From NCBI GenBank assembly GCA_001661245.1, contig KV454012.1, positions 2,034,418 through 2,098,417 on the forward strand: a stretch of 64,000 nucleotides of DNA. The letters are read 5' to 3'. Position 1 is the stretch's first letter; the number at the start of each line of letters is the position of its first letter. The notes below the pieces were generated by a model, which ran no database searches, had not been told where the DNA came from, and saw only the letters and a list, made by a program, of their open reading frames with translations. Below, one piece after another: positions 40,037 through 52,825 of the stretch. Made by a program: the position numbers and the translations under genes. This stretch comes from Pachysolen tannophilus NRRL Y-2460. Its lineage: Eukaryota.

Positions 40037-43000
40037 CTAGTCAAGGGCCAAGGGACTCTCCAATTTTTGCAAAGCATCTGAAGCTGTGGTTACAGCATCA
40101 TATGGGAAACCAGCCATCTGTGCCACTTCAATTGCATACGATTTGGAGCTAATACCTTTTTGTAACTTGTGGTTGAATATAAAATTTGAGCCATTGACCA
40201 AAACTTGTCCTTCACTTGTATTATCATCTTTAATCACATTGTCAATTGTGGTACAATAGAATGCAATCTTTTCTAAAAATTTCTCCTTATCATCCAACTT
40301 AGTAATCAACTGACTTAACTCCATTCCAAAATGGGTAGCAAATAATGTCCTACAATTGTTGACTTTTAATAGATAAAGCAAAGTGGAATATGAGATTGCC
40401 AAACCTTCTTTACCACTTGTTCCTCTTCCAACTTCGTCCAATATTGCCAACGATTTCTTCGTTGCATTTTTCAAAATAAAACTTGTTTCAACCATTTCAA
40501 CCATAAACGTACTTAGATCTCTGTATAGATCATCAGCAGCTCCAACACGGCTGAACACTTTATCAACAATACCTATTGTGGCTTCATCAGCAGGAACAAA
40601 CGAACCTATTTGAGCCATAATAACAATTAAAGCATTTTGTCTTAAAAAAGTACTTTTACCACCCATGTTAGGTCCAGAGATGATCCATAATATCTTATTA
40701 TCACATCCAACTGAGCAATCATTTGATGTAAAAAGTTGAGAATTTTCATTTAATCCATCTTCAACTACTAGATGTCTGCCTCCAACAATTTTCAACTCGG
40801 TACCTGTTGTTAATTTGGGACAAACCAAATTTTTTTCGCAAGCTAGAGTAGCAAATGATGAAGTCACATCAATATAATCTAAAACATGGGCAACATTTCT
40901 AATTTCAAAAGTGCTATTCAAGATTTCTTTTCTCAATTTTGAAGTTATAACATCCTCTTCATTTCTGATTCTCTCAACGTGAGATTGTATGTCTGTTCCT
41001 ATTCTTTTCCACTTCTCGCAATGATAGTATTTAACAGATTTTGTGGATGAGGTGGCCAATGTAAAATTCTTTGTCAGCTCAATTTGATTCAAAGACTTTA
41101 TACTACCGCTCACAGAAACAACATAACCATATAATTTATGAAATTCCATCTTAACAGAACGGCATCCCAACTCTTCAACAAATTTTACGTTATAATTATT
41201 TAATAACTTATTTTTTTCATCCAAGAGATGTTCATATTCGTCATGTATGCGTCTTAATAATTCACTTGCATTTTTTCTCACTATCCATTCTTGTTCATTT
41301 AATTCATGATTATCGTCAGGAACAGAACTTTCTTTGATCCCAAGTTCAATCTCAGCTTCTTCTTCCTTTTCTGTACGCTTCATCCGTCTAATCAATGCAT
41401 CTTCATCAATTAAATCTAAAATTCTATTGGCTAATTCTATTGGAGAAACAAAACTTGCAATTAGAGGATCCAATACCTTAGCTGCCGCCTTAGTCTCTCC
41501 CGACTGTTTAATAAAACTTTGTTTAATGTCTTCAACAATTATTAGACTTCTAGCCAAAGCAACTAAATCAAAACCATCAACTTTACCAAGTGACAACCTT
41601 TGAATGATTCTGGTAATATCAGAAGATTTTTTCAACTTTGAAATTACATCAGCTCGTAAGAAAGTTTTTTTCAGAAATAATTCAACCAATTTTTGTCTAC
41701 GACGAATTTCATTGGTCTGAGTAGAAGGAGCTGAAACCCATTGACTTAGCAACCTTGTTCCTGAAGCAGTCACAGTTCTTTTCAAAGCAGAAATCAAAGA
41801 TCCAGTCTTTTTATCATCTCGTATAGTCTTGTGTAACTCTAATGCTTCTACAGTTCTCGGATCTATCTGCATCAACACCGATGGCAATTGTCGCTCAGGT
41901 AATGCTAAGTTTGGATCAGTATGTGGTAAATTTTCCTGAATATAATACAAAATGGAGATTGAAGCACTGATCTCTTTTTGTGTCAATTCTTGAAAGCATC
42001 TGTCGAGTGATTTAGAATTGTCATTAAACATATCATAAAAACTGCTTATTGATTTTCTCTTTGAAGGTAAATTTTGATATCTAACGTAATATCTTCTAAA
42101 TTCTGTTAATTCAGGATACCACTTCCCAGATTGTAAATTTTCATTTGCTAAATATTCTTCCATTAGCATTTCACTAGGCTTTATCCTCGATATATCTGTC
42201 ATTAAATTCTTCAAACTTGATTCTTGAACGTAAAAATCTCCCAATGCAATATCTGTCCAAGCTAGACCAATTTTCATATCTGGATTAGCAACTGTTTTAA
42301 AAGGATTTTCTGGGAAAGATATCGATAATAAGAAATTATTTTTTTGGAAATTTCTTAAAGCTTCATCTATCAAAGTTCCAGGAGTTACAATACGAGCAAC
42401 TCTTCGATATATTTTGTTCCTTTGATGCTCTAAATTGGAATCATCTACAAATTGTTCTGAAATGGCAACGCTATACCCCAAATCGTTTACCAAAATCTTC
42501 AAATACTTGTCCAACATCATCTCTGGAAAACCTGCAAATGCAAAGTTACCAACAGACTTAAAATTTCGTACGGCAACTTTGATATTCAATTGTGGAGCAT
42601 ATTTTTCAGCATGTTCAAAATATAATTCGTAAAATTTTCCAACCCGTGTTAGCACTACATGTTCTTTATGTCTATCCATTAAACTCCTTATTGTTTGTAA
42701 TAAAGTTGGTGGTGATATTTTGGCTCCTCTATCTTCTATAGTTGATATTACTTCCTCTTCTCCATCTTCATCTCCATCTTTGATTTGTGGACTTTTCACT
42801 GTTTTTGAAGAATTCTTGCTTCTTTTTTTTGATGCTAAATGACCATCCTGAGATGGGTTCTTCAAATTTTTTTTCAACGAAGGAAGCTCATCATAAGACA
42901 AAACCTCAACAATTGGCTTGGACTTATTCAAGTTGGAAGCAAAAGTACCAAAATAAAACTTTGCAGTTCGTACATCAATATATGCCTTTACCTTACTCTT

Positions 43001-43066
43001 GCAAATCATTGTAACACCATTTTTCCGATGTGGTATTAAAGCCCTTTTCGGTATTTGTGAAATCAT
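40037..43066 (-). CDS. MSH1: Mitochondrial MutS homolog
   Basis: Mismatch-binding VGKFYELY, RIVTPGTLIDE, Walker A ISGPNMGGKSTFLRQ, STFMVEM, LDEVGRGT and FATHF. Basic N-terminal presequence; next to SET1. Confidence 0.94.
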   Translation of the reverse strand: MISQIPKRALIPHRKNGVTMICKSKVKAYIDVRTAKFYFGTFASNLNKSKPIVEVLSYDELPSLKKNLKNPSQDGHLASKKRSKNSSKTVKSPQIKDGDEDGEEEVISTIEDRGAKISPPTLLQTIRSLMDRHKEHVVLTRVGKFYELYFEHAEKYAPQLNIKVAVRNFKSVGNFAFAGFPEMMLDKYLKILVNDLGYSVAISEQFVDDSNLEHQRNKIYRRVARIVTPGTLIDEALRNFQKNNFLLSISFPENPFKTVANPDMKIGLAWTDIALGDFYVQESSLKNLMTDISRIKPSEMLMEEYLANENLQSGKWYPELTEFRRYYVRYQNLPSKRKSISSFYDMFNDNSKSLDRCFQELTQKEISASISILYYIQENLPHTDPNLALPERQLPSVLMQIDPRTVEALELHKTIRDDKKTGSLISALKRTVTASGTRLLSQWVSAPSTQTNEIRRRQKLVELFLKKTFLRADVISKLKKSSDITRIIQRLSLGKVDGFDLVALARSLIIVEDIKQSFIKQSGETKAAAKVLDPLIASFVSPIELANRILDLIDEDALIRRMKRTEKEEEAEIELGIKESSVPDDNHELNEQEWIVRKNASELLRRIHDEYEHLLDEKNKLLNNYNVKFVEELGCRSVKMEFHKLYGYVVSVSGSIKSLNQIELTKNFTLATSSTKSVKYYHCEKWKRIGTDIQSHVERIRNEEDVITSKLRKEILNSTFEIRNVAHVLDYIDVTSSFATLACEKNLVCPKLTTGTELKIVGGRHLVVEDGLNENSQLFTSNDCSVGCDNKILWIISGPNMGGKSTFLRQNALIVIMAQIGSFVPADEATIGIVDKVFSRVGAADDLYRDLSTFMVEMVETSFILKNATKKSLAILDEVGRGTSGKEGLAISYSTLLYLLKVNNCRTLFATHFGMELSQLITKLDDKEKFLEKIAFYCTTIDNVIKDDNTSEGQVLVNGSNFIFNHKLQKGISSKSYAIEVAQMAGFPYDAVTTASDALQKLESPLALD

Positions 43067-43336
43067 AACTTCTAATCTAGTCCAGTACTTAATTCATTTA
43101 CAAGGACTACTATGAATTGGAAAGCTCTTTCGAAAACAAGTAAAATCTCAGTAAAGATTCACTAGTGTTTTAGATCAAATCAATTCTTTATTGGTATCAA
43201 AAAATTAATGAAAAATTTCGTACATAATATGTAGTGCGTAGTAAATATGTAAATATTAAATAAAACATGAAAATACTTATTTTACAAGTGATCCATCCGA
43301 ATGAATTAAAAAGAAAAAAAAAACAGCAAAAATAAA

Positions 43337-46300
43337 TCAATTTAAATAACCTTTACAGCCCGGTGCCCCACATAAGCAAGGAATACGCTCATCATTATTC
43401 GTTTCTCTTTCAAATTTATAATCATAAGTTAATTCCTCGTTTGCTCCAACGTCCCTAAGAGCATAAATGACAATTCTCTTTTTACCTTCAACTTTAATAA
43501 TCTTAGCGGTACAACTTGGTACACAACAGTGGTTAATAAATCTAGCTATTCCACCTTTCTTGGTGGCATCAATAACTGTGTTTTCATCAATTCTAAATAA
43601 ATAAGAAGATCCAATACCTGATTTTAAATATTTTTTTTCTCTAACTTCAGCAACCAGCTGTCTAATACACTCACCAACGTACTCAATGATCATTTCACCG
43701 GCAGCAATCGGTTCAAGAGCATATAAACCCCAATTGTGGATTGCAGATCTGGCAAATGAAACAGGTTTCTTACGTTTCGTCAACTGATTAAGATCTAATA
43801 TATCAGTTTCACTTCCCAACATTTGCTTTTGAGCACTGATATCAGCTGCAAGTCTTCTGTTATTTGCTCTGTTAACACGAGAACTTTGAATATTGTTACT
43901 GTTATTATTGCTGCTTCCGCTATTACCATTAGCAGAGTTTTCTTCTTCGGCGTGTTCAATTGTATTCAACGGTTGGTTGACTTTACGCCTATGTGGTAAA
44001 TACGCAGATTTAATTGAATCCTGGATTTTTTTATACCCTTCACTTCTTGCAGATCCTGTAGTGTTTTCTAATGAAATATCCAACTGCTGAAATCCATCTT
44101 CCATACTGTTTTTATTGAATTTGTTGGTAGACTTAAATTTATCTCTAATTGCTTTAATATCCTTTTGCTTCCAACACCAATAATCTAAGTTTTTAATTGA
44201 TGTCGTTGCTTTAATGTCACTAAAAATTTCCTTAATCAATTCGTAGTCTTCTTCATCCTTTATGACTTTCTGCACGCCATCTAAGTCAAACAATATGTTT
44301 TCATCAAGTCTGTCATCATAGACAGACTTCGGAGTACCAGTAGAAGGACGATATAACTCACTGATCAAAGAGTAATCTTCCTTCTTTTCGGTATCAATAT
44401 CCATCTTAATCTCATCCTTGGCATCCTTATCTTCTTCCGGACTAGTTGGTTCTGAAACTGTATCACGTCCAATAGCTTCTTCCTTAAGGCTGCTATTTTC
44501 GGTTTCCTTTTCATCGTCATCTGAGAGTTCTTTCAAATTCTTACCTTTTTTCTTTGATAATTTAACATTACCTTCTAAAGTTAATTTCTTTTTCTTTAAA
44601 TCATCCTGTTCTTCCTCCTCTTGCTCTTGTTCTTCATCTTCATCTTCATCAGATTCGGATTCCAAAACTGGAGTCCCTTCAAGTTCTGATGATTTACGCT
44701 CTTCTTCCTCATCGGAATAATAATTTAAAGCATGACCCATAGGAAATAAATCAAACTTCTTCTTTCTTGATAGTTTAACTCCACTTGCATCACCAGTTTT
44801 TCTTTTAATCTTGTATCTACCGCTAGTACTATTCTTTATTGAAGAAACCGATTTTTTAATCTTTGGTAAGACAGGGCCCACTCTATTCTCATTTCCAATT
44901 GAGAAAATATCATTAACACCCAGATCAGTAATATTCATATTATTATCATCTTTAAGTGCTTGTTGTTTTTCGAGCAGTTCTTGCTCTTTTTTCAGTTTCT
45001 CCTTTTCTTTATAATCTGAAACAATATCAGGGAAATTATCAGGGTTTATTAAGTCCAAAATTGTTGGCCCAATAATTTTTTCTCTTACATCTTTCTGTAG
45101 CATATTTTTCAATTCATTGAAAAACATTACACTCGATTCTGTAGCTAATTCTTGTGGATTCATTACATCAACCCAATCAGTGGATACGACTAAGTCCATG
45201 TATAATCTATATTTGCGATCAAACCTGGCACTGTACTCTGCATCGAAACACTTCTTTGTATCTCTTAACGAATTGAAAACAATCAAAAATCCAATTTCAT
45301 CTACCAAAACTCTTCTATACTTATATCTATCCAAAAAAGATTTAAGTGCGTGAACTGGTACTTCCTTAGGAGGAAGATATCTTTTCGATATGAATAAAAA
45401 AGGTCTTCCCTTGACAAACTGTTCCAAAGATTTCGGAATTGAAAAATCTTCTAAAGCTTTAATGTGGTTTGAATGTTTAGAGTTTATTAGTATTCTATGG
45501 TTTCGTAAAACCTCATTAACCAGGGTATCCACTGATTTTGAATTCGATAGTGATGCGTTTCTAAGTGACAGAGACAATGTCAGTGACAGTGAGAGTGACA
45601 GCGACAGAGACTGAGACAGAGATAAAGACTGTTGCTTCAATTCCAAATGGAAATTGGATCTAGATTTATCTGATGAATCGTTTGATTTCTTTACAGCCAA
45701 TGATTGCTGGTGGGCTCTTGGGCCTTTTGGTAATGATAATTTTAAATCTTTAAGTTTTTCTTCTTTTTGCAATTCTCTTTCTTTTCTTTTTTGCAGCTCA
45801 ATTTTATTTAAAATTGCATCCATTCTTTCCTTTAAAAAACTATTATCAGCACCATTCAAACCAGATCTTATAGTGACACCATTTATTTTCATCTTTTTAT
45901 CGGTATCACGAACAACTTTCTGAGCCAATTTCAGGGATAAATCAATAGGTCCATCAAATACAACTTTATATAATCCTATTGGTGCTGCATTTAACGGATT
46001 CACAATCATTTCTGAAACTTTAATATCACCAAATCCTTTAAAATGATTTCGAAGTAAATTTTCCAGAGTTGATGTTGGGAACCCCCATACAATAACTTCT
46101 GTTGCAGGTGGAGGTCCCAAAGAGTTCTTATCATAAACAAATTGTGTTGGTAGTAATGATTTGAAAAGAGTCTTATTTGATCTTTTACCATTTTTTTCAT
46201 AAAAAGGATATTTTTTAACATCTTTTCTTGGATCTCTTAAAGGAAGCTTTATACCTTCACCAGATCTTATTCTTATGATTGATCCTTTTGATTTATCTTT

Positions 46301-46810
46301 CGATATTTCTGGATCATAGGTAACTTTGAAAGGTTTTTTAATAACTTTTAATGAGGGGGATATATTCATCAATTTGGATTCATGATGATTTTGTATTTCA
46401 AAAATCCCATCTTGATAATCAACTGTTTCTATTAAATCATCACTACCTCCGTTAAGATTTGAAGATATACTTGTATTAGTGGAAGCAGGTGTTAAAATCT
46501 GAGATACCGCTGATGAACTTTGTTGTATATGTTTGTCCAGATTTGGTATCGAACGAAACCCATTATGATAACCGTTATTGTATCGATGATCTCCACCACC
46601 TTCAGAGTTATAGTTTTGTCCCCTCGATGGTTTATATGGTGACGATGACCTATACCGACTTTGTTTATTTGATTGACTTGCTGGTCCCAATGGTATCACT
46701 GGCTTTGAAGAAGAAGAAGAAGAAGAACTCGATGATGATGCAGGAAAATGTGAATGATGATGCGATAATCTCTTCTGTGACCTATACTTATCAGGGAAAA
46801 ATTTATTCAT
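43337..46810 (-). CDS. SET1: Histone H3K4 methyltransferase Set1
   Basis: RRM region, n-[13 protein letters not shown] domain [29 protein letters not shown], and post-[16 protein letters not shown]. Confidence 0.97.
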   Translation of the reverse strand: MNKFFPDKYRSQKRLSHHHSHFPASSSSSSSSSSSKPVIPLGPASQSNKQSRYRSSSPYKPSRGQNYNSEGGGDHRYNNGYHNGFRSIPNLDKHIQQSSSAVSQILTPASTNTSISSNLNGGSDDLIETVDYQDGIFEIQNHHESKLMNISPSLKVIKKPFKVTYDPEISKDKSKGSIIRIRSGEGIKLPLRDPRKDVKKYPFYEKNGKRSNKTLFKSLLPTQFVYDKNSLGPPPATEVIVWGFPTSTLENLLRNHFKGFGDIKVSEMIVNPLNAAPIGLYKVVFDGPIDLSLKLAQKVVRDTDKKMKINGVTIRSGLNGADNSFLKERMDAILNKIELQKRKERELQKEEKLKDLKLSLPKGPRAHQQSLAVKKSNDSSDKSRSNFHLELKQQSLSLSQSLSLSLSLSLTLSLSLRNASLSNSKSVDTLVNEVLRNHRILINSKHSNHIKALEDFSIPKSLEQFVKGRPFLFISKRYLPPKEVPVHALKSFLDRYKYRRVLVDEIGFLIVFNSLRDTKKCFDAEYSARFDRKYRLYMDLVVSTDWVDVMNPQELATESSVMFFNELKNMLQKDVREKIIGPTILDLINPDNFPDIVSDYKEKEKLKKEQELLEKQQALKDDNNMNITDLGVNDIFSIGNENRVGPVLPKIKKSVSSIKNSTSGRYKIKRKTGDASGVKLSRKKKFDLFPMGHALNYYSDEEEERKSSELEGTPVLESESDEDEDEEQEQEEEEQDDLKKKKLTLEGNVKLSKKKGKNLKELSDDDEKETENSSLKEEAIGRDTVSEPTSPEEDKDAKDEIKMDIDTEKKEDYSLISELYRPSTGTPKSVYDDRLDENILFDLDGVQKVIKDEEDYELIKEIFSDIKATTSIKNLDYWCWKQKDIKAIRDKFKSTNKFNKNSMEDGFQQLDISLENTTGSARSEGYKKIQDSIKSAYLPHRRKVNQPLNTIEHAEEENSANGNSGSSNNNSNNIQSSRVNRANNRRLAADISAQKQMLGSETDILDLNQLTKRKKPVSFARSAIHNWGLYALEPIAAGEMIIEYVGECIRQLVAEVREKKYLKSGIGSSYLFRIDENTVIDATKKGGIARFINHCCVPSCTAKIIKVEGKKRIVIYALRDVGANEELTYDYKFERETNNDERIPCLCGAPGCKGYLN

Positions 46811-47354
46811 GCTATCTGATGAGGCTGAAGCTGGACTTGATCCAGAAGTTTTTTTTTTTTTTTTTGTATTTTGGTTTTGTATTGGGAATTTTGAATAATA
46901 ATATATTCTTGATTCGTAAAAAGAAGCTCATATCTTCTTTTTTTTTTTTTTTTTTTGTCTTTTTGGTTATTTCATTGGCGGTATGTCTTACAGAGGTGTT
47001 TCAAGACAAAATGATGAAAAAAAAAAAAAAAACAACAAACCTAATATACACAAATCAAATGCCCAAAAGTTTATTGACAAGATTTTTATTACCACAAGTT
47101 TTAACGTGAACTTCTTGTATTAAAGCTTTTTATTAATTTATGTTATTTTCCCATTATTTATTATTTAATTGTTTTACAACAATACACAAGAGTTTGAGTT
47201 TTGATATTTAACGAACTACATTTGTTTTATAAGGTGTAATTTAAAAAGATATTGATGAGAGGATGAATAAATTGTAATAAATAAGAATAAATAAATAAAT
47301 AAATAAATAAGAGTAAAGTAAAAGATAATATCAGTTAATAACCTATGTTGTTGG

Positions 47355-47867
47355 TTATTTTGTTCTGATATGTTTTAATTTTGTTGGAGAGTGTAGGAAA
47401 TTTATAGCGTATTCTTTTTTCCTGAAACGTCTTTCCTTTGGTTCATAAACGTAGTAATCCCATCCTTGACCTTTTGAGAATCTAATTGCAGCTTCCTTTG
47501 AGTCGAATTTCATGATTGTTCCTTGCATAAAGTCTGCGCTGCTCTGGTATCCAATCATATCATTTTCCCATCGATTACCTTTACTTAATACATCCCAATC
47601 TAGATTCCAACCTTCTGTTTCCTTTTTACCACTTTGAGTTGCTGCTTTGGAAGCTTTATAAATTCTAACAATTCTCTTGGTGGATAAATCTCTTGGGGCA
47701 CCACTGACCAATTCTTTTGGTAAATTGGATGTATCTTCAGTGGTTAAAATATCTGGTAATTTACGTTGACTTAATAAAAAAGTTGTAGCAAAATAACGAC
47801 GGGTTGAGTTTAAAACCAATGGACCATTTTTAAATGCCAAAATACTAGAATTCGTGATACGAAACAT
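47355..47867 (-). CDS. NUYM: NADH:ubiquinone oxidoreductase (complex I) accessory subunit NDUFS4/NUYM
   Basis: Mitochondrial presequence, [44 protein letters not shown] and C-terminal KHIRTK. Confidence 0.92.
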   Translation of the reverse strand: MFRITNSSILAFKNGPLVLNSTRRYFATTFLLSQRKLPDILTTEDTSNLPKELVSGAPRDLSTKRIVRIYKASKAATQSGKKETEGWNLDWDVLSKGNRWENDMIGYQSSADFMQGTIMKFDSKEAAIRFSKGQGWDYYVYEPKERRFRKKEYAINFLHSPTKLKHIRTK

Positions 47868-48097
47868 GATGATGATAATGAAAATGATTATTAAATTAAT
47901 TAAATATATAAATAAATAAATGGTTTTATAAAATATGAGATGTTTTAATATAATTGAATTAGTTAAACTATGTGGAGTAGTATATTATTAGTACACGACT
48001 ACATATTTCATAATTAGAATTAAATAGAATGATAAAGAAAGTGAAGAAATTTGCAAATTTTGATTTGAGATCAGATTGATATTAAGGTGTGATTAGT

Positions 48098-49111
48098 ATG
48101 GGTTCAAAGTTAATCATCCAGGCGTTGGATGATATTATTCCGTTATATGATAAAGATGAGTATCCTACAAAGTTGGTTAAATATATTGAACGTTTATACA
48201 ATTTATCATCATCCAAGATTACTTTAAAACAAGAAGAAGAAATATCAAGGTATCATTTATGTTCTATATTAGCTATTGAGAAATTTAATGGAACTCAAGA
48301 TGAAGTATTACCTGATCCATTAATTGATAAAATTCCTTTAGCACCAAATAAAGTTAATAAATTATTGGAACAATTTAAATTTGAAATTTTTACAGGATCT
48401 AGATCTAATACACCACAATTTATGACAACACCTTCAAGACGTTCATCAAGATTAAATTCTTTACAAAATACACCTACAAGACTGAATAATATAAATAGCT
48501 CCAAGATTAATCATGAGAAAAAATTGGTTAATAGTGAAAAGATTCCATTAAAAAATGTTTCACCTTTTATTACTTCAACCTCAACTTCAACTACACCTAC
48601 TAGAACTATATTAAAAGACCAATCTTCACCATATTTACTTTCACCTTCAAAATCAAAAAATTTATCAACAGCACAGGTGATTTCATTTTGTAATAAGTTC
48701 CATATAACACGCGATATAACAACAAATATTTTGAAAAGTTTTAAAAATTTACATAATAGAATTAAAAATGAATGGGCTCTTCTTTGTGGAATAGTAGGTA
48801 CAGTTTATTTAAGAATAAATGAAAAACAATTAGATGCTAAAATAGGTTTAAGACAAAGATTTATAGATAAATTACATTTATTACAAAATGGTGGATTATT
48901 GAAAAAACAAATGCAACATTGGATCAATTTAATTGAAAATCTTATTAAAAATGAAAAATGGATTAAAATGTTGGAAATTGAATACAACTACAGCAAAAAT
49001 GGGATCCTTCAAACTGAACAGTACACCATAGGTAACATGATAATTTCAGAGGTAAAATTTAGTTCCCAGAAAAAACTACAATATCTCGACTGGAAACTGA
49101 ACCTTTGTTAG
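48098..49111 (+). CDS. ORC6: Origin recognition complex subunit 6
   Basis: LKQEEEISRYHLC..A.EK, KIPLAP, a TP/SP CDK-site-rich linker and C-terminal Y..WK. Divergent from SET1, as YHR118C is. First ATG is at 48098. Confidence 0.85.
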   Translation: MGSKLIIQALDDIIPLYDKDEYPTKLVKYIERLYNLSSSKITLKQEEEISRYHLCSILAIEKFNGTQDEVLPDPLIDKIPLAPNKVNKLLEQFKFEIFTGSRSNTPQFMTTPSRRSSRLNSLQNTPTRLNNINSSKINHEKKLVNSEKIPLKNVSPFITSTSTSTTPTRTILKDQSSPYLLSPSKSKNLSTAQVISFCNKFHITRDITTNILKSFKNLHNRIKNEWALLCGIVGTVYLRINEKQLDAKIGLRQRFIDKLHLLQNGGLLKKQMQHWINLIENLIKNEKWIKMLEIEYNYSKNGILQTEQYTIGNMIISEVKFSSQKKLQYLDWKLNLC

Positions 49112-49651
49112 TTACTTATAGTTAGACTGACTTTTAAGTGATATCTGAAAAAAGGTCGTGTGATTATATTGGGGTAGTGCGTAATATGCGAAGTCTCCGA
49201 ATTAGGAATGAAAAATTTTTTTCTCTTCTTCTTCTTCATTTCCTCTGTTTTGATGATTTTCTTTAATGGGTAAAAAACAGTGGTTAATAATGCTGTAGTT
49301 GTTATAATATGTGATGATTAAGATTTATACAATTAAACATATTAATTGAATTTTTTTTTTTTTTTTTCCTTTCTTGAATTATTTAAATAAAGTGTTACTC
49401 TATAAAAAGAAAAAGAAGATATAGAGTGGATTTTGATTAGAAATATTTGGGTTTAATTTTTTTTTTTCAATTTTGTTTGGTTAATAAGGCAGAAGAAAAA
49501 AAAAAGAAATTCAGTTTGAAATAGCTACAAACAGTTAAAAACGAGAAAAAAATTAATAAATATACATATAAAAGTTTTCACTATTTTTCGGTTTTATTAT
49601 TTGTTTTTTGTCGTTCCTTTAAGTTAATTTGCATTACGGTTTTAATATAGT

Positions 49652-52600
49652 ATGGATAATATTTCTTCGGCAAAGAGAAGAAGCTCTAGATCAGGGTATT
49701 CATCACCGGATAAGAAGTATCATAAATCAAATGGGAATAGTGAGGGGAATCTTAAGATAAATGGAAATACAAGTGATGTTGAAATGGGTACTAATGATAG
49801 TGGATCAGAAGTAGAAGAAGAAGTAGGAGAAAGATTTGTTCCAGAAATCAATGGTTGTTCTTCTTTAATTCCTGTATTGTCTGATTCAAGCTCATCAAAT
49901 GATCGTACTTGGCAAAGAACAATTGAAAATGTTGTTAAATCAGTGGTGTCAATACATTTTGCTCAAACTGCAAATTTTGATTCGGATCCAGCAGTTGTAA
50001 GTGAGGCTACTGGATTTGTAGTTGATTCAAAGTTGGGGATAATCATGACAAATAGACATGTTGTTGGTGTGGGGCCATTCTGGGGGTATGCAGTTTTTGA
50101 TAATCATGAAGAATGTGATGTTACTCCAATCTATCGTGATCCTGTTCATGATTTTGGGTTTTTAAAATTTTCTCCAAGTGCTATAAAATATATGCAAATT
50201 GAACCTTTAAAATTAAGACCTGATTTAGCAAAAGTTGGTTGTGAAATTAGAGTTGTTGGTAATGATGCTGGTGAAAAATTATCTATATTATCTGGTTTTA
50301 TATCAAGATTGGATAGAAATGCACCAGAGTATGGTGGACTCACATATAATGATTTTAATACAGAATACATCCAAGCAGCAGCAAGTGCCTCGGGTGGTTC
50401 TTCAGGATCGCCAGTTGTAGACATTGATGGTAATGCTGTGGCTTTACAAGCTGGTGGTAGTACTGAATCATCAACAGATTTCTTTTTACCTGTATACAGA
50501 GCATTAAGAGCTTTAAAATGTATACAAAATAATGAAAAAATAGTTCGTGGAACTATTCAAGTACAATGGCTTTTAAGACCATTTGATGAATGTCGAAGAT
50601 TGGGATTACGTCCAGATACAGAATCTCAAATGAGAAAATCATTTCCAAATATAATTGGATTATTAGTGGCAGAAGTTGTTTTACCTGAAGGTCCTTCTGA
50701 TGGATTGATTAAAGAAGGTGACACTTTAATTTCAATTAATGGTATTAATATTTCAACTTTTATTACCGTTGATGAAATCTTAGATGATTCGGTGGGTAAA
50801 CCAGTTAAATTATTATTACAAAGAGGTGGGAAAGATTTATCTATTGAAATTGAAGTTGGAGATTTACACAAGATTACACCAAATAGATACCTTGATGTAT
50901 GTGGTGCTTCTTTTAACGATATGAGTTATCAAATGGCAAGAATTTATGCTATTCCAGTAAAAGGTGTATTTGTTAATAACGCATCTGGATCTTTCTTTTT
51001 TGATAACTCTGAAAAATTTGGTTGGATCTTGGATTCAATCGATGATAATGATACACCAGATCTAGATACTTTTATTGAAGTTATGAAGAAAATCCCTGAT
51101 GAAAGTAGAGTTCCTGTTGTTTTCAGACATATTACAGATTTACATTGCCCTCATGTTTCATCTGTTTTAATTGATCGCCATTGGCATACAACTTTTAGAT
51201 TAGCTGTAAGAAATGATTCTACAGGTTTATGGGATTTCCAAGATTTACAAGAAAAGCCTCTTCCACCAGTTGAGTTGAAACCACAAAGTGCTAAAATTGC
51301 TGATATCCCAACAGAAATTACCGGATGTGCGCATTTATCAAGAAGTTTTGTCTTGATTCATACTATATTACCTGTACCATTAGATGCCTTTCCTGAAGAA
51401 CGTAAAAGAGGATATGGTTTGATTATTGATGCTCAACACGGATATGTGGTTGTTTCAAGATATATCGTTCCTCATGACCTTTTGGATGTCTATATAACTG
51501 TCGCTGAATCAATAATTGTCCTGGGGAAAGTTGTATTTTTACATCCAACTCAAAATTATGCAGTTGTCAAATATGATCCTTCTTTAATTATAGCACCATT
51601 AGAAACTCCTAAATTTAGTGAAATTCCATTACATATTGGTGATAAATGTACATTTGTTGGTTATAATTATAATTTGAGAGTTGTTACTCAAGAAACTAAA
51701 ATTACTGATATTGCATCGTTAAACGTTCCTGTATCATCGATGCAACCACGTTATAGAGGAACCAATTTAGAAAGCATTCAAATAGATACTTCATTAGCTT
51801 CTCATTGTCATTCAGGAGTATTAGCTGATGCCAATGGTACTATCAGAGCTTTATGGCTTTCATTTTTAGGTGATAGAAACTCAGATACTGATAACGTTTA
51901 TAAGATGGGATTAGATATTACTGAGCTTAATTCGATTATCAAAAGTTTCCAAAATGCGGTTGAAACTCCTAATTTGAGAATTATAGAAGCCGAGTTTTAT
52001 TCTTTACCAATAACTCAGGCTAGAATCAGAAAAGTACCAGATGAATGGATATCTAAATTAGAAGAGAATGCAGATGATATTGATAGGTTACAATTCTTGG
52101 GAGTTTCAAGAGTTACTGTTCCTTTACCAGGACATGAAAAAGTTTCACTTTTACCTGGTGATATCGTACTTTCTATTGACGATAAGCCTGTAAGTAGAAC
52201 TAAAGATGTCGATGTAATGTATAATAAGGAAGAATTAAATTTTAAAATAGTTCGGAAAAAACAAGTGATGGATATAAAAGTTAAAACTGTTTCAGCTAAT
52301 CTTTTAAACACTTCCCAATTATTAATATGGTCAGGAGCATTATTACAACTGCCACATCATGGTGTAAGACAGTTGATGAAAAATTTACCCTCAAGTATTT
52401 ATGTTACGAGCAGGGCTGAAGGTTCACCTGCAAGACATTATGGTATTGGTTCAACTAATTTCATAACTCATGCAAATGAGATTCCTACTCCTGATTTAAA
52501 TTCTTTCTTGGAAGTTATTAAAAAAATCCCAGATAATACATATTGTAAATTAAGATTAGTTACATATGATAACATTCCTTTTGCAATCACTTTAAAGACC

Positions 52601-52678
52601 AACTATCATTATTTTCCAACTACTGAGTTGAAAAAAAATCCAGAAACTGGTAAATGGATTGAACATGAGTATAAATAG
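49652..52678 (+). CDS. NMA111: HtrA-like serine protease Nma111/Ynm3
   Basis: N-terminal NLS-like sequence, catalytic triad motifs TNRHVV, DPVHDFGF and ASGGSSGSPV, and a duplicated protease-PDZ architecture. Confidence 0.96.
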   Translation: MDNISSAKRRSSRSGYSSPDKKYHKSNGNSEGNLKINGNTSDVEMGTNDSGSEVEEEVGERFVPEINGCSSLIPVLSDSSSSNDRTWQRTIENVVKSVVSIHFAQTANFDSDPAVVSEATGFVVDSKLGIIMTNRHVVGVGPFWGYAVFDNHEECDVTPIYRDPVHDFGFLKFSPSAIKYMQIEPLKLRPDLAKVGCEIRVVGNDAGEKLSILSGFISRLDRNAPEYGGLTYNDFNTEYIQAAASASGGSSGSPVVDIDGNAVALQAGGSTESSTDFFLPVYRALRALKCIQNNEKIVRGTIQVQWLLRPFDECRRLGLRPDTESQMRKSFPNIIGLLVAEVVLPEGPSDGLIKEGDTLISINGINISTFITVDEILDDSVGKPVKLLLQRGGKDLSIEIEVGDLHKITPNRYLDVCGASFNDMSYQMARIYAIPVKGVFVNNASGSFFFDNSEKFGWILDSIDDNDTPDLDTFIEVMKKIPDESRVPVVFRHITDLHCPHVSSVLIDRHWHTTFRLAVRNDSTGLWDFQDLQEKPLPPVELKPQSAKIADIPTEITGCAHLSRSFVLIHTILPVPLDAFPEERKRGYGLIIDAQHGYVVVSRYIVPHDLLDVYITVAESIIVLGKVVFLHPTQNYAVVKYDPSLIIAPLETPKFSEIPLHIGDKCTFVGYNYNLRVVTQETKITDIASLNVPVSSMQPRYRGTNLESIQIDTSLASHCHSGVLADANGTIRALWLSFLGDRNSDTDNVYKMGLDITELNSIIKSFQNAVETPNLRIIEAEFYSLPITQARIRKVPDEWISKLEENADDIDRLQFLGVSRVTVPLPGHEKVSLLPGDIVLSIDDKPVSRTKDVDVMYNKEELNFKIVRKKQVMDIKVKTVSANLLNTSQLLIWSGALLQLPHHGVRQLMKNLPSSIYVTSRAEGSPARHYGIGSTNFITHANEIPTPDLNSFLEVIKKIPDNTYCKLRLVTYDNIPFAITLKTNYHYFPTTELKKNPETGKWIEHEYK

Positions 52679-52825
52679 AAAAATTATATAATAGCATATC
52701 ATTTCCCTTCTTTTAAACATAGTGAAAAAAAAAAGTTTTATTTTAAATTAAAAAATTTTATTTCTATTCTATTTGATAGTGTATATACATGGATTTCTAA
52801 AGAAGCAAAACATTTATCTTTCCTT

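Noticed and set aside
46489..47109. 206-aa ORF antisense to the SET1 start, and the many other 60-130 aa overlapping ORFs
   Set aside because: Antisense shadows or poly-A/T-derived F/K runs with no protein motifs.
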